64,000 nt of DNA. Origin: Nitrospirota bacterium. GTDB lineage: Bacteria > Nitrospirota > UBA9217. The position numbers were made by a program, and so were the translations under genes. The DNA is taken from positions 1,088,001 through 1,152,000 of the forward strand of contig CAWJQQ010000009.1 of the NCBI GenBank assembly GCA_963845065.1, written 5' to 3'. The notes below the pieces were generated by a model, which worked only from the letters and a program-made list of their open reading frames with translations, ran no database searches and was not told the origin of the DNA. Shown piece by piece: positions 49,942 to 58,918 of the stretch (within the stretch, counting starts at the first letter, position 1; every line of letters starts with the position of its first letter).

Positions 49942-50261
49942 GTAAAACCATTAGATCTTGCCGTATCTGTGGTTGTACTGACGATCACGCTTGTGCAGGA
50001 GGCTGCTTCTGGGTAAGCGAGGATCTCTGCAGCGCCTGTCTCGGAGAAATGTCGGCACCGAGATTTGAATCAGGGTTCACGCTGATTAAGGAAGGCCGTT
50101 GTCCTAAACATGCAACCCAACCCCTGGCATGCTGGGGATGCATGGAAGGTCATGCGACGGAATGCCATTATCCAAAATCATGCTCGGAAGCCCAATGCAG
50201 CCACTATTGGGCCGAGATAAATAACGCTGGCGATTTGATTGGCCAGGATCCGTTTCATTAA
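49938..50261 (+). CDS. Cys-rich zinc-binding phage protein
   Basis: CRICGCTDDHACAGGCFWV...LCSAC motif. Confidence 0.7.
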   Translation: MSKTIRSCRICGCTDDHACAGGCFWVSEDLCSACLGEMSAPRFESGFTLIKEGRCPKHATQPLACWGCMEGHATECHYPKSCSEAQCSHYWAEINNAGDLIGQDPFH

Positions 50262-50284
50262 GATCAAAATTTAAGGAGGTTTCA

Positions 50285-51400
50285 ATGGGGACAAAAGAGG
50301 TGAAGTGCGCTCGATGTATTTTTGAACGTGAAACAGGGTTCCATCTGAATATCACCGACATTTATGTTGATGCTGATGGCCATGAAAGCGAGATGCGCTG
50401 GATCCCACGCTTCAAGGCATGCCGGGCGCTTTCAATCGCGACAGCCGCAGAAACTCCATCCGGCACGATCGGGGACTGGTTTCATCCTGGCAAGATACGC
50501 CCTTCCGGAGTACTGGATACTGATTATGAAACGGTGGTTATGGGTGGTTTCTGGGTGGACATGTGGCTCTGCTCAGCGTTCGATGCGACAAGAAAGACCC
50601 GAGGGATGGACTGCAATGGAGCTACGCCAAATCAGGCCTATATTTCTCAGGGCGGCGTTGCGCCGATGGTTAACAAGACTCTTGCCCATTTCCGCACCTA
50701 CCTGGCAGCTCGTTTCAGCGGTGGTGGTTTTGCCGGCGGCGGAGGATCGGTGGCCTGGAGTGGGAAGGGTGGATTGATCACTGATCAGCATTGGTTTGAA
50801 CTCTGGATATGGACCCTGATTAATCATTGGCATCTGCACGGCAATACGAATGGTTATTATGCCACAGGTAAAGTTCCATCATGGCATAAGGATTCAATTG
50901 AGACAGGATCACAGGATGAATCGTTTGGCACGAATTATGGTTACAGCATTACCGGAGGCGGTCCGCGATCGTGGGATACCCCTATTGGAGATTTTTGCGG
51001 CAATCGATGGGAGTTTGCAGAAGGATTGCGGCTTAACGATAAGGTCATTTTCAGTTCCGGGAAGATCATAAATCCATGGACAAAGGCTGATGATGGTTAT
51101 AAGCACAAGGCGTTCAAGAACACCGGCCTTTCCATCTCTGGCGTTGAATCCGGACAAAGCATCTCATCGTATCGGACAGAAAACGAAATAAAGCTTCATG
51201 GCATACCTAAGAGCACCACAGATGCCGGCAACGGTGATTTTGATGGAGCAGGTTTCTGGTATTGGTCTAATGGTGAATGTATCGCTCTTCGTGGCGGTTC
51301 CTACAACTCCGGGGCTCAGTGCCCTGGCGCGCTCAGCTTGCTCGCCGTTCCCTCGCTCTTCGACGAGGGTGTTTCCGCCCGCGCAGTTCTTGTCCCCTGA
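50285..51400 (+). CDS. C-type-lectin-fold (Mtd/FGE-like) DGR target protein with C-terminal variable region
   Basis: GFWVDMW, GDFCGNRWEF and ALRGGSY...GALSL...VSAR motifs. The last 120 nt hold only 10 adenines. Confidence 0.8.
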   Translation: MGTKEVKCARCIFERETGFHLNITDIYVDADGHESEMRWIPRFKACRALSIATAAETPSGTIGDWFHPGKIRPSGVLDTDYETVVMGGFWVDMWLCSAFDATRKTRGMDCNGATPNQAYISQGGVAPMVNKTLAHFRTYLAARFSGGGFAGGGGSVAWSGKGGLITDQHWFELWIWTLINHWHLHGNTNGYYATGKVPSWHKDSIETGSQDESFGTNYGYSITGGGPRSWDTPIGDFCGNRWEFAEGLRLNDKVIFSSGKIINPWTKADDGYKHKAFKNTGLSISGVESGQSISSYRTENEIKLHGIPKSTTDAGNGDFDGAGFWYWSNGECIALRGGSYNSGAQCPGALSLLAVPSLFDEGVSARAVLVP

Positions 51401-51422
51401 GTTCTGGTTCCTGTGTTCTGAT

Positions 51423-51442
51423 GACCGCCCGAGAGGGCGGTC
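51423..51442 (+). other. DGR target-recognition hairpin
   Basis: 8-bp GC-rich stem GACCGCCC/GGGCGGTC with GAGA tetraloop, 22 nt after the target stop codon. Confidence 0.75.
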
Positions 51443-51457
51443 TCTTAAAGGTGAGAT

Positions 51458-51762
51458 GTGGAACCGTTGCGGATGAAGTTGAACCGCAAAAGCGATATAT
51501 ATCCCGTAGCTCGAGGTATTGATTTTCTCGGATATCGGATATGGTCCAGTCATAGGCTCTTGCGGAAAAGCAGCCTGTTCCGCGCGAGAAGAAGATTCAA
51601 GGTACTTTCTGAACTGTATTCACAAGGCTCGTAACATTGCAGCATGTCAAATCATCAGTGATGTCTTGGCTTGGGCATTGTGGCCATGCTGAGACGAGTG
51701 CTGGTGTGGAAATATGCTTGCAAGAATTGTCTTTGTCGCGTAAAAGGCCCGATCCGGCTTAG
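51458..51762 (+). pseudogene. C-terminal remnant of a DGR-type reverse transcriptase
   Basis: 51458-51634 encodes LRMKLNRKSDIYPVARGIDFLGYRIWSSHRLLRKSS. The shifted frame 51628-51762 encodes HVKSSVMSWLGHCGHAET. Confidence 0.85.
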
Positions 51763-51797
51763 AGCCGGACGGAAATCTGTATTAATGGAGGATTCAA

Positions 51798-52157
51798 ATG
51801 TCAGAAAGCAACGTTTTGTTGTTAATTGGTATTTTAACAGGGGTTTTGATTGCGTTGGCAAGTCATTGGGTCATTTCTGCGATTAAGAAGGTAGAGGCGA
51901 AAGCACTTGCTGAGGTCAAAAGGGTTGATATTTGGGCCACTGCAGTAGAAACAGTTGTGAAAAAGGCAGTTACAAGCGCGCTTGCAGAAGTGAAAAAGGT
52001 GCAAGAAGGTGCTATCGCAGAGGCGAAAAAGGCAGAAGAAGCGGTCGATGGTGTGGCCCAAAAAGCCGTAAGCGAAACAAAGACTGCGGAAGCTACTCTC
52101 ACTTCGGATACTAAAAAAGCAGAAGTCGCAATTACTGCAGAGACGAAAAAACTGTAA
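51798..52157 (+). CDS. Membrane-anchored Ala/Lys/Glu-rich coiled-coil protein
   Basis: GGAGG RBS, N-terminal TM, AEVKK/AEAKK repeats. Confidence 0.65.
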   Translation: MSESNVLLLIGILTGVLIALASHWVISAIKKVEAKALAEVKRVDIWATAVETVVKKAVTSALAEVKKVQEGAIAEAKKAEEAVDGVAQKAVSETKTAEATLTSDTKKAEVAITAETKKL

Positions 52158-52213
52158 TACCAGAATTATAAACTTTGCTGCGTCAAAGCATTATCAACTG
52201 ATTGGGCCAAACA

Positions 52214-52465
52214 ATGACGACTCTTATTACCGTTATGCACAGTTCCGGATCCGGCGGCCGCTGCGATGCCAAATGCTATGATGCCAAGGATGCCAATTGC
52301 GATTGTGTCTGTGGTGGTCTTAACCATGGCAAAGGGCTGAAGAGCGCCATTCAAAATACCTCATTATATGCTGAGGAAATGATCAAGGAATATACCGGGC
52401 GAAAGGGATTAACTGATTTCACCACAAAGCTCGGAGAAAAAGTTATTCAGCCTTCTCTGTTCTAA
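52214..52465 (+). CDS. Small Cys-rich phage protein
   Basis: RCDAKCYDA...CDCVCGGLNHG motif. Confidence 0.65.
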   Translation: MTTLITVMHSSGSGGRCDAKCYDAKDANCDCVCGGLNHGKGLKSAIQNTSLYAEEMIKEYTGRKGLTDFTTKLGEKVIQPSLF

Positions 52466-52477
52466 GAAAGCCTTTAT

Positions 52478-55400
52478 ATGAGCGATACAATATTTGCTGA
52501 CATCAAGTCTCGCCTTCCCCTCATTGACGTCATCTCTCGGGAGTGTGCCGGGATCACTCTCAAGGGCCAGCATCTTTCCGAATGCCCCTTCTGCGGACAT
52601 CACGGCTGCTGTTCGATCGACAAGGACAAATTTCTCTATAAATGCCATAGCTGCGGTGAGGGTGGCGATATCTTCATCTTTCTTGAGAAGCGAAGAAATA
52701 TCGATCGCGGTGAGTCGCTGAAAATCCTGGCCGGCTGGGCAGGAGTGGATCTGCCTGAACCCGATAATGCTAAACCGAAAAAGGAAAAACGGGAAAGCAA
52801 GCAAGAGAAGATCTTTCGCCTGGCGCTCGAGCATTACGAGGCGGCCATGGCCGCGGATAATTCCGTGGGTCAGGCCTGGTTCTGCAAAACCCGGGGACAT
52901 GCGACCTTAACGCTAAAGAAGATGCGCGTCGGCATGGCAACGGGCACACTGCTTCCTTTCCTGAAGGAGCAGGGCATCGAGCCGGAAGATGTAATAGATG
53001 CCGGATTGGCAGATAATGCGAAGGATGGCCAGCCTGTAGAGCCTTACGATTATTTCAGGAAGGGTTGGGCAATTTTCCCGGTCATCGATGTTGACGGCCG
53101 GATGCTGACCTTTAAGAGCAAGGATCCCCAAAAGAAGGCCCCGGGGATACCGCTGCGTGGTGAAAAGAGCTGGCTCTTGAATCACGCCTCACTTGGGAGT
53201 CCCGATCTTTTCATCGTAGAGGGAGAGAACGATATCGCTTCGCTTATGGATTCCGGATTTGATAATGTCGTCGGTACCGGCGGTGGACCCGGAAAGGATC
53301 AGGTTCGGCTGATTCGGAACTTCCAGGCGAACAGGACGATCTATTTGTGGTTCGATAAGGATCCGGACAAGGATCCTATGAAGAACGAGGGTGGCGTTCA
53401 CCATACTCGGTATATCTATAAAGCCTTGGCAACGGATAGCATGATTATAAAAGTGATCAGTCAGCCGGGGAAAGCAAAGGATCCGGATGATTATCTCCAG
53501 GGGCTCTTTAGAGAAGGGAAATCGGTAGCCGAGGTACGAAGGGCTGTCCGTGAACTTTTAAGCTCATCCTTGACGCCCCTGGGATGGGAGCTCGAGCAGC
53601 TCCGGCTTATTCCGGATTCTATTCGCCGGCTGGAGGCCTTCAAGGAACGGAAACTGCCTCAGGAAATCAGCAGGATGCTATCCCGAGCCGATCAGGAAGC
53701 CTATATCAAGATGGCGTCTGAATCCATGGAGATCTCGATGAAGGCCGTCCAGGACCTGGTAGACGCTGCCGGCGATCTCATGGCCAAGATGAAGGATGCC
53801 TTCAAGGAAATGAAAACTGCGGATCCCATCAAGGTGGCAGAATTCATTTATCGTGAGATGTCCAATGGCGGCGGAGGCCGGTTCTTCAAGACTCCGGATA
53901 AGCGTTTCTGGCTGCATCATGGGCGACAGACGTTCGAAATAGCCAATAATCCGGACTTTGCCTCGCTCATGCAGCGGACAATGCACCTGGTGCCTGTGGA
54001 AAAGCCCGGGAGCACCGTGCTGCACTGTCTCCAGAACTTCTGTAATATGCATGGGGAATACGTCGAGATGATGTCCTGGCTCTGGACAGATCGGGAACGG
54101 GATACGATTTATATCAATATGAACAGCCCTCACAACAAGATCCTGCGCCTGGTCCCGGGCCACGACCCCGCCATGATCGACAATGGCACGAATGAGCAAT
54201 CAGTGCTTCTTTCCTCCAGCAATCAGATCCGCCAATTTGAATACCAGCAAACCGCAAGCGAAGCCGAAGGCTTCGCGGCGCTAAAAGAGCTTTTAATGGA
54301 CACCACGCCGGCAGATACTCCGCAGAAATATTTTCTGATTTGCTGGCTGCTGTCGACATTCGTGATGAACTATCAAACAGACCGGGGGTTGCTGCAGATC
54401 ATAGGGTCTACTCAGACGGGAAAATCGAAGGTTGCAGAACGCATGAGCCAGCTGGTCTTCGGTGAATCGTATGTCGGCAAGGGCACAGGAGCTTCAGAGA
54501 CGCGCGTGGCAACATCGGCACCTATGGTTATCCTGGATAATCTGGAAAATAAGAACTTGGCTCAAGGAACGGTGGACTTTCTGCTCTTCATAGCGAATAG
54601 CGCCAATAAGCCAAAAGCTAAAAGCGGTAGCGACACTGATGTGCTATTCCAAAAGCTTAATACGATGGCGGTGATAACGTCCATCGAAGCATTCCCCGGC
54701 CGGCTGCCGGAACTCATCAACCGGACATTTGCTCTTCTCCTCGAGGGAGTCTACCGCCAGCATGGATACATGCATGATGAGTGCATGCGCCAGATAACGA
54801 AGCATCGCAATCTGATCTTGTCGGCTGTTTTCAAAATGATCGCGAAAGATGTATTGTCCAGGCTCAGCGAGCGGAAGGACTGGTCTAAGCATATCCAGCA
54901 GCAGTATCCGGGCCACAATAAGGAACGGAATAATGAGCATCTGTGCACAATGATGCTGCTCCTCGAGGGACTGCTCAAATATATTCCGAAGTCTAAAGAC
55001 AAGGATAAGCCCATTAAAACCCAGGCCTCTGAAATCCTCCATGCCTGGATATCCTGTCAGGAGGAGCATGCGAAGGAGACGTCGACTACTTCGAATACAC
55101 TCCTGATGTTCATGGACGGCCTGGCTCACGAGATCATGGTAAAAATGCGAGGTAAGGATATTCCCTGGCAGGAGCATCCTGAGTTTCCGGGCATAAAAGT
55201 AAAGGTCTATGACGATCCGGAATATCATCATGAGTTCTATTTAACGTATGCCATCGAGGAAGATAGTCTTGAGGATGATGAGTTCATGGAAATGTATTCG
55301 AGGCTGGAGTTCATCATCCCCTCTCCAAGGCTTTACGAGATCATCAGCATGTATTACCGCAACCAGAACGAGCGGAACAAGTTCGAGACGGCCACAGCGC

Positions 55401-55600
55401 TTCAATACAGGCTCAGGAATGATAAGGCAACAATGGAATCGAATGGCTGGGAGTATGTAACGCGGGAGTCCCTAGCGGACAGATATACAAACGGGGAGCG
55501 GGCGAAGCCCGCAGAATTTGCGCCCTCAAACTCGCAATACAAAAAAATCATGGGTCATTGGCACTGGAGGTTCAGCAAAAAGGTAAGACCCGTGAAATGA
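52478..55600 (+). CDS. Primase-helicase (CHC2 zinc finger + TOPRIM + P-loop domain)
   Basis: CPFCGH...CHSC, IVEGENDIAS, WFDKD, KDPDD, Walker A GSTQTGKS and Walker B VILDN. Confidence 0.9.
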   Translation: MSDTIFADIKSRLPLIDVISRECAGITLKGQHLSECPFCGHHGCCSIDKDKFLYKCHSCGEGGDIFIFLEKRRNIDRGESLKILAGWAGVDLPEPDNAKPKKEKRESKQEKIFRLALEHYEAAMAADNSVGQAWFCKTRGHATLTLKKMRVGMATGTLLPFLKEQGIEPEDVIDAGLADNAKDGQPVEPYDYFRKGWAIFPVIDVDGRMLTFKSKDPQKKAPGIPLRGEKSWLLNHASLGSPDLFIVEGENDIASLMDSGFDNVVGTGGGPGKDQVRLIRNFQANRTIYLWFDKDPDKDPMKNEGGVHHTRYIYKALATDSMIIKVISQPGKAKDPDDYLQGLFREGKSVAEVRRAVRELLSSSLTPLGWELEQLRLIPDSIRRLEAFKERKLPQEISRMLSRADQEAYIKMASESMEISMKAVQDLVDAAGDLMAKMKDAFKEMKTADPIKVAEFIYREMSNGGGGRFFKTPDKRFWLHHGRQTFEIANNPDFASLMQRTMHLVPVEKPGSTVLHCLQNFCNMHGEYVEMMSWLWTDRERDTIYINMNSPHNKILRLVPGHDPAMIDNGTNEQSVLLSSSNQIRQFEYQQTASEAEGFAALKELLMDTTPADTPQKYFLICWLLSTFVMNYQTDRGLLQIIGSTQTGKSKVAERMSQLVFGESYVGKGTGASETRVATSAPMVILDNLENKNLAQGTVDFLLFIANSANKPKAKSGSDTDVLFQKLNTMAVITSIEAFPGRLPELINRTFALLLEGVYRQHGYMHDECMRQITKHRNLILSAVFKMIAKDVLSRLSERKDWSKHIQQQYPGHNKERNNEHLCTMMLLLEGLLKYIPKSKDKDKPIKTQASEILHAWISCQEEHAKETSTTSNTLLMFMDGLAHEIMVKMRGKDIPWQEHPEFPGIKVKVYDDPEYHHEFYLTYAIEEDSLEDDEFMEMYSRLEFIIPSPRLYEIISMYYRNQNERNKFETATALQYRLRNDKATMESNGWEYVTRESLADRYTNGERAKPAEFAPSNSQYKKIMGHWHWRFSKKVRPVK

Positions 55601-55668
55601 ATAATTTCAAGTACATATATTTTTTAACTATACGGCCTAAATTTAGGATGAGGGCTTTTTTTGAAAAC

Positions 55669-55879
55669 ATCTTCCCATCTTCCCCTAAATTCTATTATTA
55701 TATATATTTTCAATAAGTTAAGTATATAAAAGTTAGGGGAAGATGCAGGGGAAGATAAGGGGAAGATGTGGGAAGATAAGGGGAAGATGCGCGTTTTGCT
55801 TTTTTATCTTCCCCTAGAGTTAAATTATTGAAAATTAATGTAAATTTTAATTTAGGGGAAGATGGGAAGATGGGAAGAT
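55669..55879. repeat. Iteron array, probable phage replication origin
   Basis: 11 copies of GGGAAGAT (8 forward, 3 reverse) separated by two AT-rich tracts, directly after the primase-helicase. Confidence 0.85.
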
Positions 55880-55911
55880 AGAAAATGCCCCTAAAAAATC
55901 AGGAGGTGTTT

Positions 55912-56202
55912 ATGCAAGAGTATATTGATGGCGGTTTTGGTGATATTGAACCAGCAATGGAGCTGCTCAATCGGCTCGTCGGAGCAGGGATCCCGGCGGA
56001 TCTTAAGGCTCTTCACTTTGGTACAGTGGATGCGCTGCCACTTGTAAAAAAAGAAGTTCAGACCAGAATTGACCTGCAATCGCTTTCAGCAAAGGTAAGC
56101 GAACTCGAGTCCAGGATTAATGAAGCAACGATCGATACTGACAAAGGCGGCATTCGTATCTATCCTTCGACATCTCTTAATGCGATCGGAGATCGATGCT
56201 GA
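55912..56202 (+). CDS. Hypothetical phage protein
   Basis: AGGAGG RBS, overlaps the next gene start. Confidence 0.65.
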   Translation: MQEYIDGGFGDIEPAMELLNRLVGAGIPADLKALHFGTVDALPLVKKEVQTRIDLQSLSAKVSELESRINEATIDTDKGGIRIYPSTSLNAIGDRC

Positions 56203-57209
56203 TACCAGAATATATTCACTGGATGGAAAGAAATCAGTCCAGGCCGAAGACAATAAAAAACTATTCGAACAAGGTCCGTATCTTCGTTGCATGGCTGGAT
56301 AAAAAATTAGTTGGTGTGCCTGAGGTGGATCCCGATCGCATATTCGAATTTGATCAGCACTTAATGCACGATCGCAAGAACAAACCGTTAACGAGATCTT
56401 CTTACCTGGGCGCGCTTAGGAATTACTTTGATTTTTTAATCAATGAAGGCCTTTTCAAGAAGAATCCTGCGAAGGAGATTAAAAAGCCTAAGATCTATAA
56501 AACGCCTCCGAACTCGCTCTCTGAAGAAGAGATCGAGAAACTGATGATAGCAGCGTTCGAGAAAAAAACCGAGAAAGGACTTCGCGACCTGGCGATGGTA
56601 GCCGTCCTGACGGCGACAGGGTCTCGAGTAACTGCAGTAACAGATTTGAAGCTTACCGATTTCAGACCAACAGAAGTTTTAATTCCTGAGAACTGCCAGC
56701 ATTGCGGACAGCCGATACTGACCGGGCGCCTGGCAGGCCGCGGGAAAAAAAAGAAAGTGACGATGGTTCACCTTCACGAGAAGGGCGGTAAAGAGTGGGA
56801 CATTATTCTCCACGACAAAGCTGCATTCTATTTAAGCCAATATTTGAACAACAGAAAGATCGGCGTGAATTCAGATATTGTATTCCCTGTGCTGCATGGC
56901 GATACGGTAAAACCGCTCTCGCGGCAAGGCGCGCTCTACATCATCAAGCGCCTGGCTAAAGACGCAGGCATTACCAGAAGCATCTCTCCGCACTGCTTCA
57001 GGCATGCTGCGATTACTTGGCTCCTGGATATAGGCGTGGATCCGGAGGTAGTACAAAGATGGTTCGGACACCGGGCATTAGCCCAGACCATGGAGTACAG
57101 GAACAAGTCTATCAGGGCCTTTGTCTGGAGCGGTGTCGGCACAGAACGGAATCTCCTTGAGCATGTGAAGACGCCGATGGACTCGGTATTCGACCGGATA
57201 CATAAGTAA
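56196..57209 (+). CDS. Second tyrosine recombinase (XerC/D-like) with CxxC insertion
   Basis: SAM-like N-terminus, TGSRV, EKGGK, SPHCFRH, FGH and TMEY. Insert PENCQHCGQP. Confidence 0.9.
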   Translation: MLIPEYIHWMERNQSRPKTIKNYSNKVRIFVAWLDKKLVGVPEVDPDRIFEFDQHLMHDRKNKPLTRSSYLGALRNYFDFLINEGLFKKNPAKEIKKPKIYKTPPNSLSEEEIEKLMIAAFEKKTEKGLRDLAMVAVLTATGSRVTAVTDLKLTDFRPTEVLIPENCQHCGQPILTGRLAGRGKKKKVTMVHLHEKGGKEWDIILHDKAAFYLSQYLNNRKIGVNSDIVFPVLHGDTVKPLSRQGALYIIKRLAKDAGITRSISPHCFRHAAITWLLDIGVDPEVVQRWFGHRALAQTMEYRNKSIRAFVWSGVGTERNLLEHVKTPMDSVFDRIHK

Positions 57210-57490
57210 GGAGTGAGCGTATTCGGAGGTTTTGTCAGCACAATGATTATTAATATACTCAGGTTATTCATACGTTGACGCATAGAAAAGGGCAATGGAT
57301 ATTTTGATTATGGCATCGATATCAATAAGGCTTGATTTAACAAGACAAAGTCAATGAACAGATGGGAACGGTTGTGTAAACGAGAAAATTGCAAAGGGTA
57401 GGGGGGTCGGTCTAGGGGGGTGTCTTCGTTTGGAGATTGGGTATGTTTTAGTTTGACTTTGGGTTTTTGGTCGAGGAGAAGGGGCGATGA

Positions 57491-57841
57491 GTGCAAGAGG
57501 ACGATGATGATCGGAGGCGCGGTGAGCGGCGATCTATTGATACGTGGGCCGAGATCGAGAAGTTGATCACGCGCGAGGCCGAGAAAAAGCTTGCTGCGGA
57601 GATGCTTGATGAAAAGCTCGCTGCCGATCGCGCCCGCGAATTCGCCGTATCGATCGTGAATCAGATTTGTGCGATGCTGCCCGGTGAGAGAATTTACGTC
57701 CCGCAGATGCCTACGCATCATCGTGAAGCTCGTGATGCTCAGATCAGAATGAACTTTGATGGTGTTTGCCGAGACACGGCTCGTGAGGTTGGTCTCTCTA
57801 TTCGGCAGGTCAGGAACATTGTGAATATGAAAAAAAATTGA
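57491..57841 (+). CDS. Mor/C-family transcription activator (Mu-like)
   Basis: GERIYVP...RDAQIR..FDG...AREVGLSIRQVRNIV. Confidence 0.85.
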   Translation: MQEDDDDRRRGERRSIDTWAEIEKLITREAEKKLAAEMLDEKLAADRAREFAVSIVNQICAMLPGERIYVPQMPTHHREARDAQIRMNFDGVCRDTAREVGLSIRQVRNIVNMKKN

Positions 57842-57964
57842 TACCTCTAAAATAGTGAAATTCTCGGCTTATAATTTCCTCGATACTTTAGTATCTTCAT
57901 GCCATCAGTTGAATTAGGCTGGTGGCGTTTTTGTTTCTGAGCGCCGCGCGTCTCGAGGAGATCG

Positions 57965-58918
57965 ATGGCTGAGGAAATAAAACCTGTTATTCCCCTAAAG
58001 CGGTCCCAGTTCGTCTGCCAGCATTGCAAAGGCCAAGACGGACAGGGGCCGCTTTTTTTCTTTGCGCTCGCAGGGGACATCCAGGAAAACGAAAAAGGAG
58101 AGTTCGTCTCGAGTTGTCCGCAATGCGGTGAAGAGTGCGACGAGTTGTGGTATTGCACAAACCTTCGCCAGGCAGAGGGTAAGCGGACAGGCCCAACCTC
58201 TGAAGCTGGTAAGAACAAGGTCAGAATGAACGCCTTCAGAAACGGCTCTCGATATGCTAATGGCCGCATACCCAAAGAGCTGCCGCCGGCAAAGCCGGGT
58301 GAGTATGCCGAATGCGATCGCTGCCAGGACCTGGATGAATGCAAACTGTCGGTAACCGAGAAGATGGGGACTTGCAGGATTACCATCTGTCATCGACAGA
58401 GTGAGATCTCGGCGATATTTCGCGAAGCGCACCGGAATGGAGATCCTGTCGATCTCCAATTCATCGCAGCTGAAAATCAGGCCCGAATGCAGATGGTCCT
58501 CAATGCACTGTTCAAGGCGATCTTCAAACGCGGAGTACTCGTTGACAGCATAGTCGTGAACAAGGACGGTGTCGTCTATATCGATAAAGAAGATGGCGAT
58601 GGAAATAAAACATCGGTGCCTCTCACCGAGATCAAGAGCAATCCCGCGACAAATGACATGATCAAGCTTGCGGAGAAGATGGGTTTCAGCCTGACCGACT
58701 GGACCTTGACGCCGAAGAGCAAGGAAGCAAAGGCCGCGCTCGAGGGCTACCTGGCCGGCCGCGCCGCAGAGAAGGGGCAGCCAGCCGAGGAATTCCTTGA
58801 TCAGTACCGGAAAGACATGAAGGCCTTTGAGGATGCTGTCGCGAAGGGCAATGCCGCGGCGCTTCACGATGAGACGCTAAAAGAATCCGCATCAGAAGAG
58901 AAGGTCGGCGATGCATGA
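57965..58918 (+). CDS. Putative terminase small subunit with zinc-binding motifs
   Basis: Lies immediately before terL. CxxC pairs and TGPTSEAGK...NAFRNG motif. Confidence 0.55.
   Translation: MAEEIKPVIPLKRSQFVCQHCKGQDGQGPLFFFALAGDIQENEKGEFVSSCPQCGEECDELWYCTNLRQAEGKRTGPTSEAGKNKVRMNAFRNGSRYANGRIPKELPPAKPGEYAECDRCQDLDECKLSVTEKMGTCRITICHRQSEISAIFREAHRNGDPVDLQFIAAENQARMQMVLNALFKAIFKRGVLVDSIVVNKDGVVYIDKEDGDGNKTSVPLTEIKSNPATNDMIKLAEKMGFSLTDWTLTPKSKEAKAALEGYLAGRAAEKGQPAEEFLDQYRKDMKAFEDAVAKGNAAALHDETLKESASEEKVGDA

Noticed and set aside
55669..55879. Repeat array as a CRISPR
   Set aside because: Units are 8 bp, occur in both orientations and lack unique spacers. No cas genes are present.
57995..58867. 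290-aa antisense ORF
   Set aside because: Shadow of 57965-58918 with no recognisable motif.
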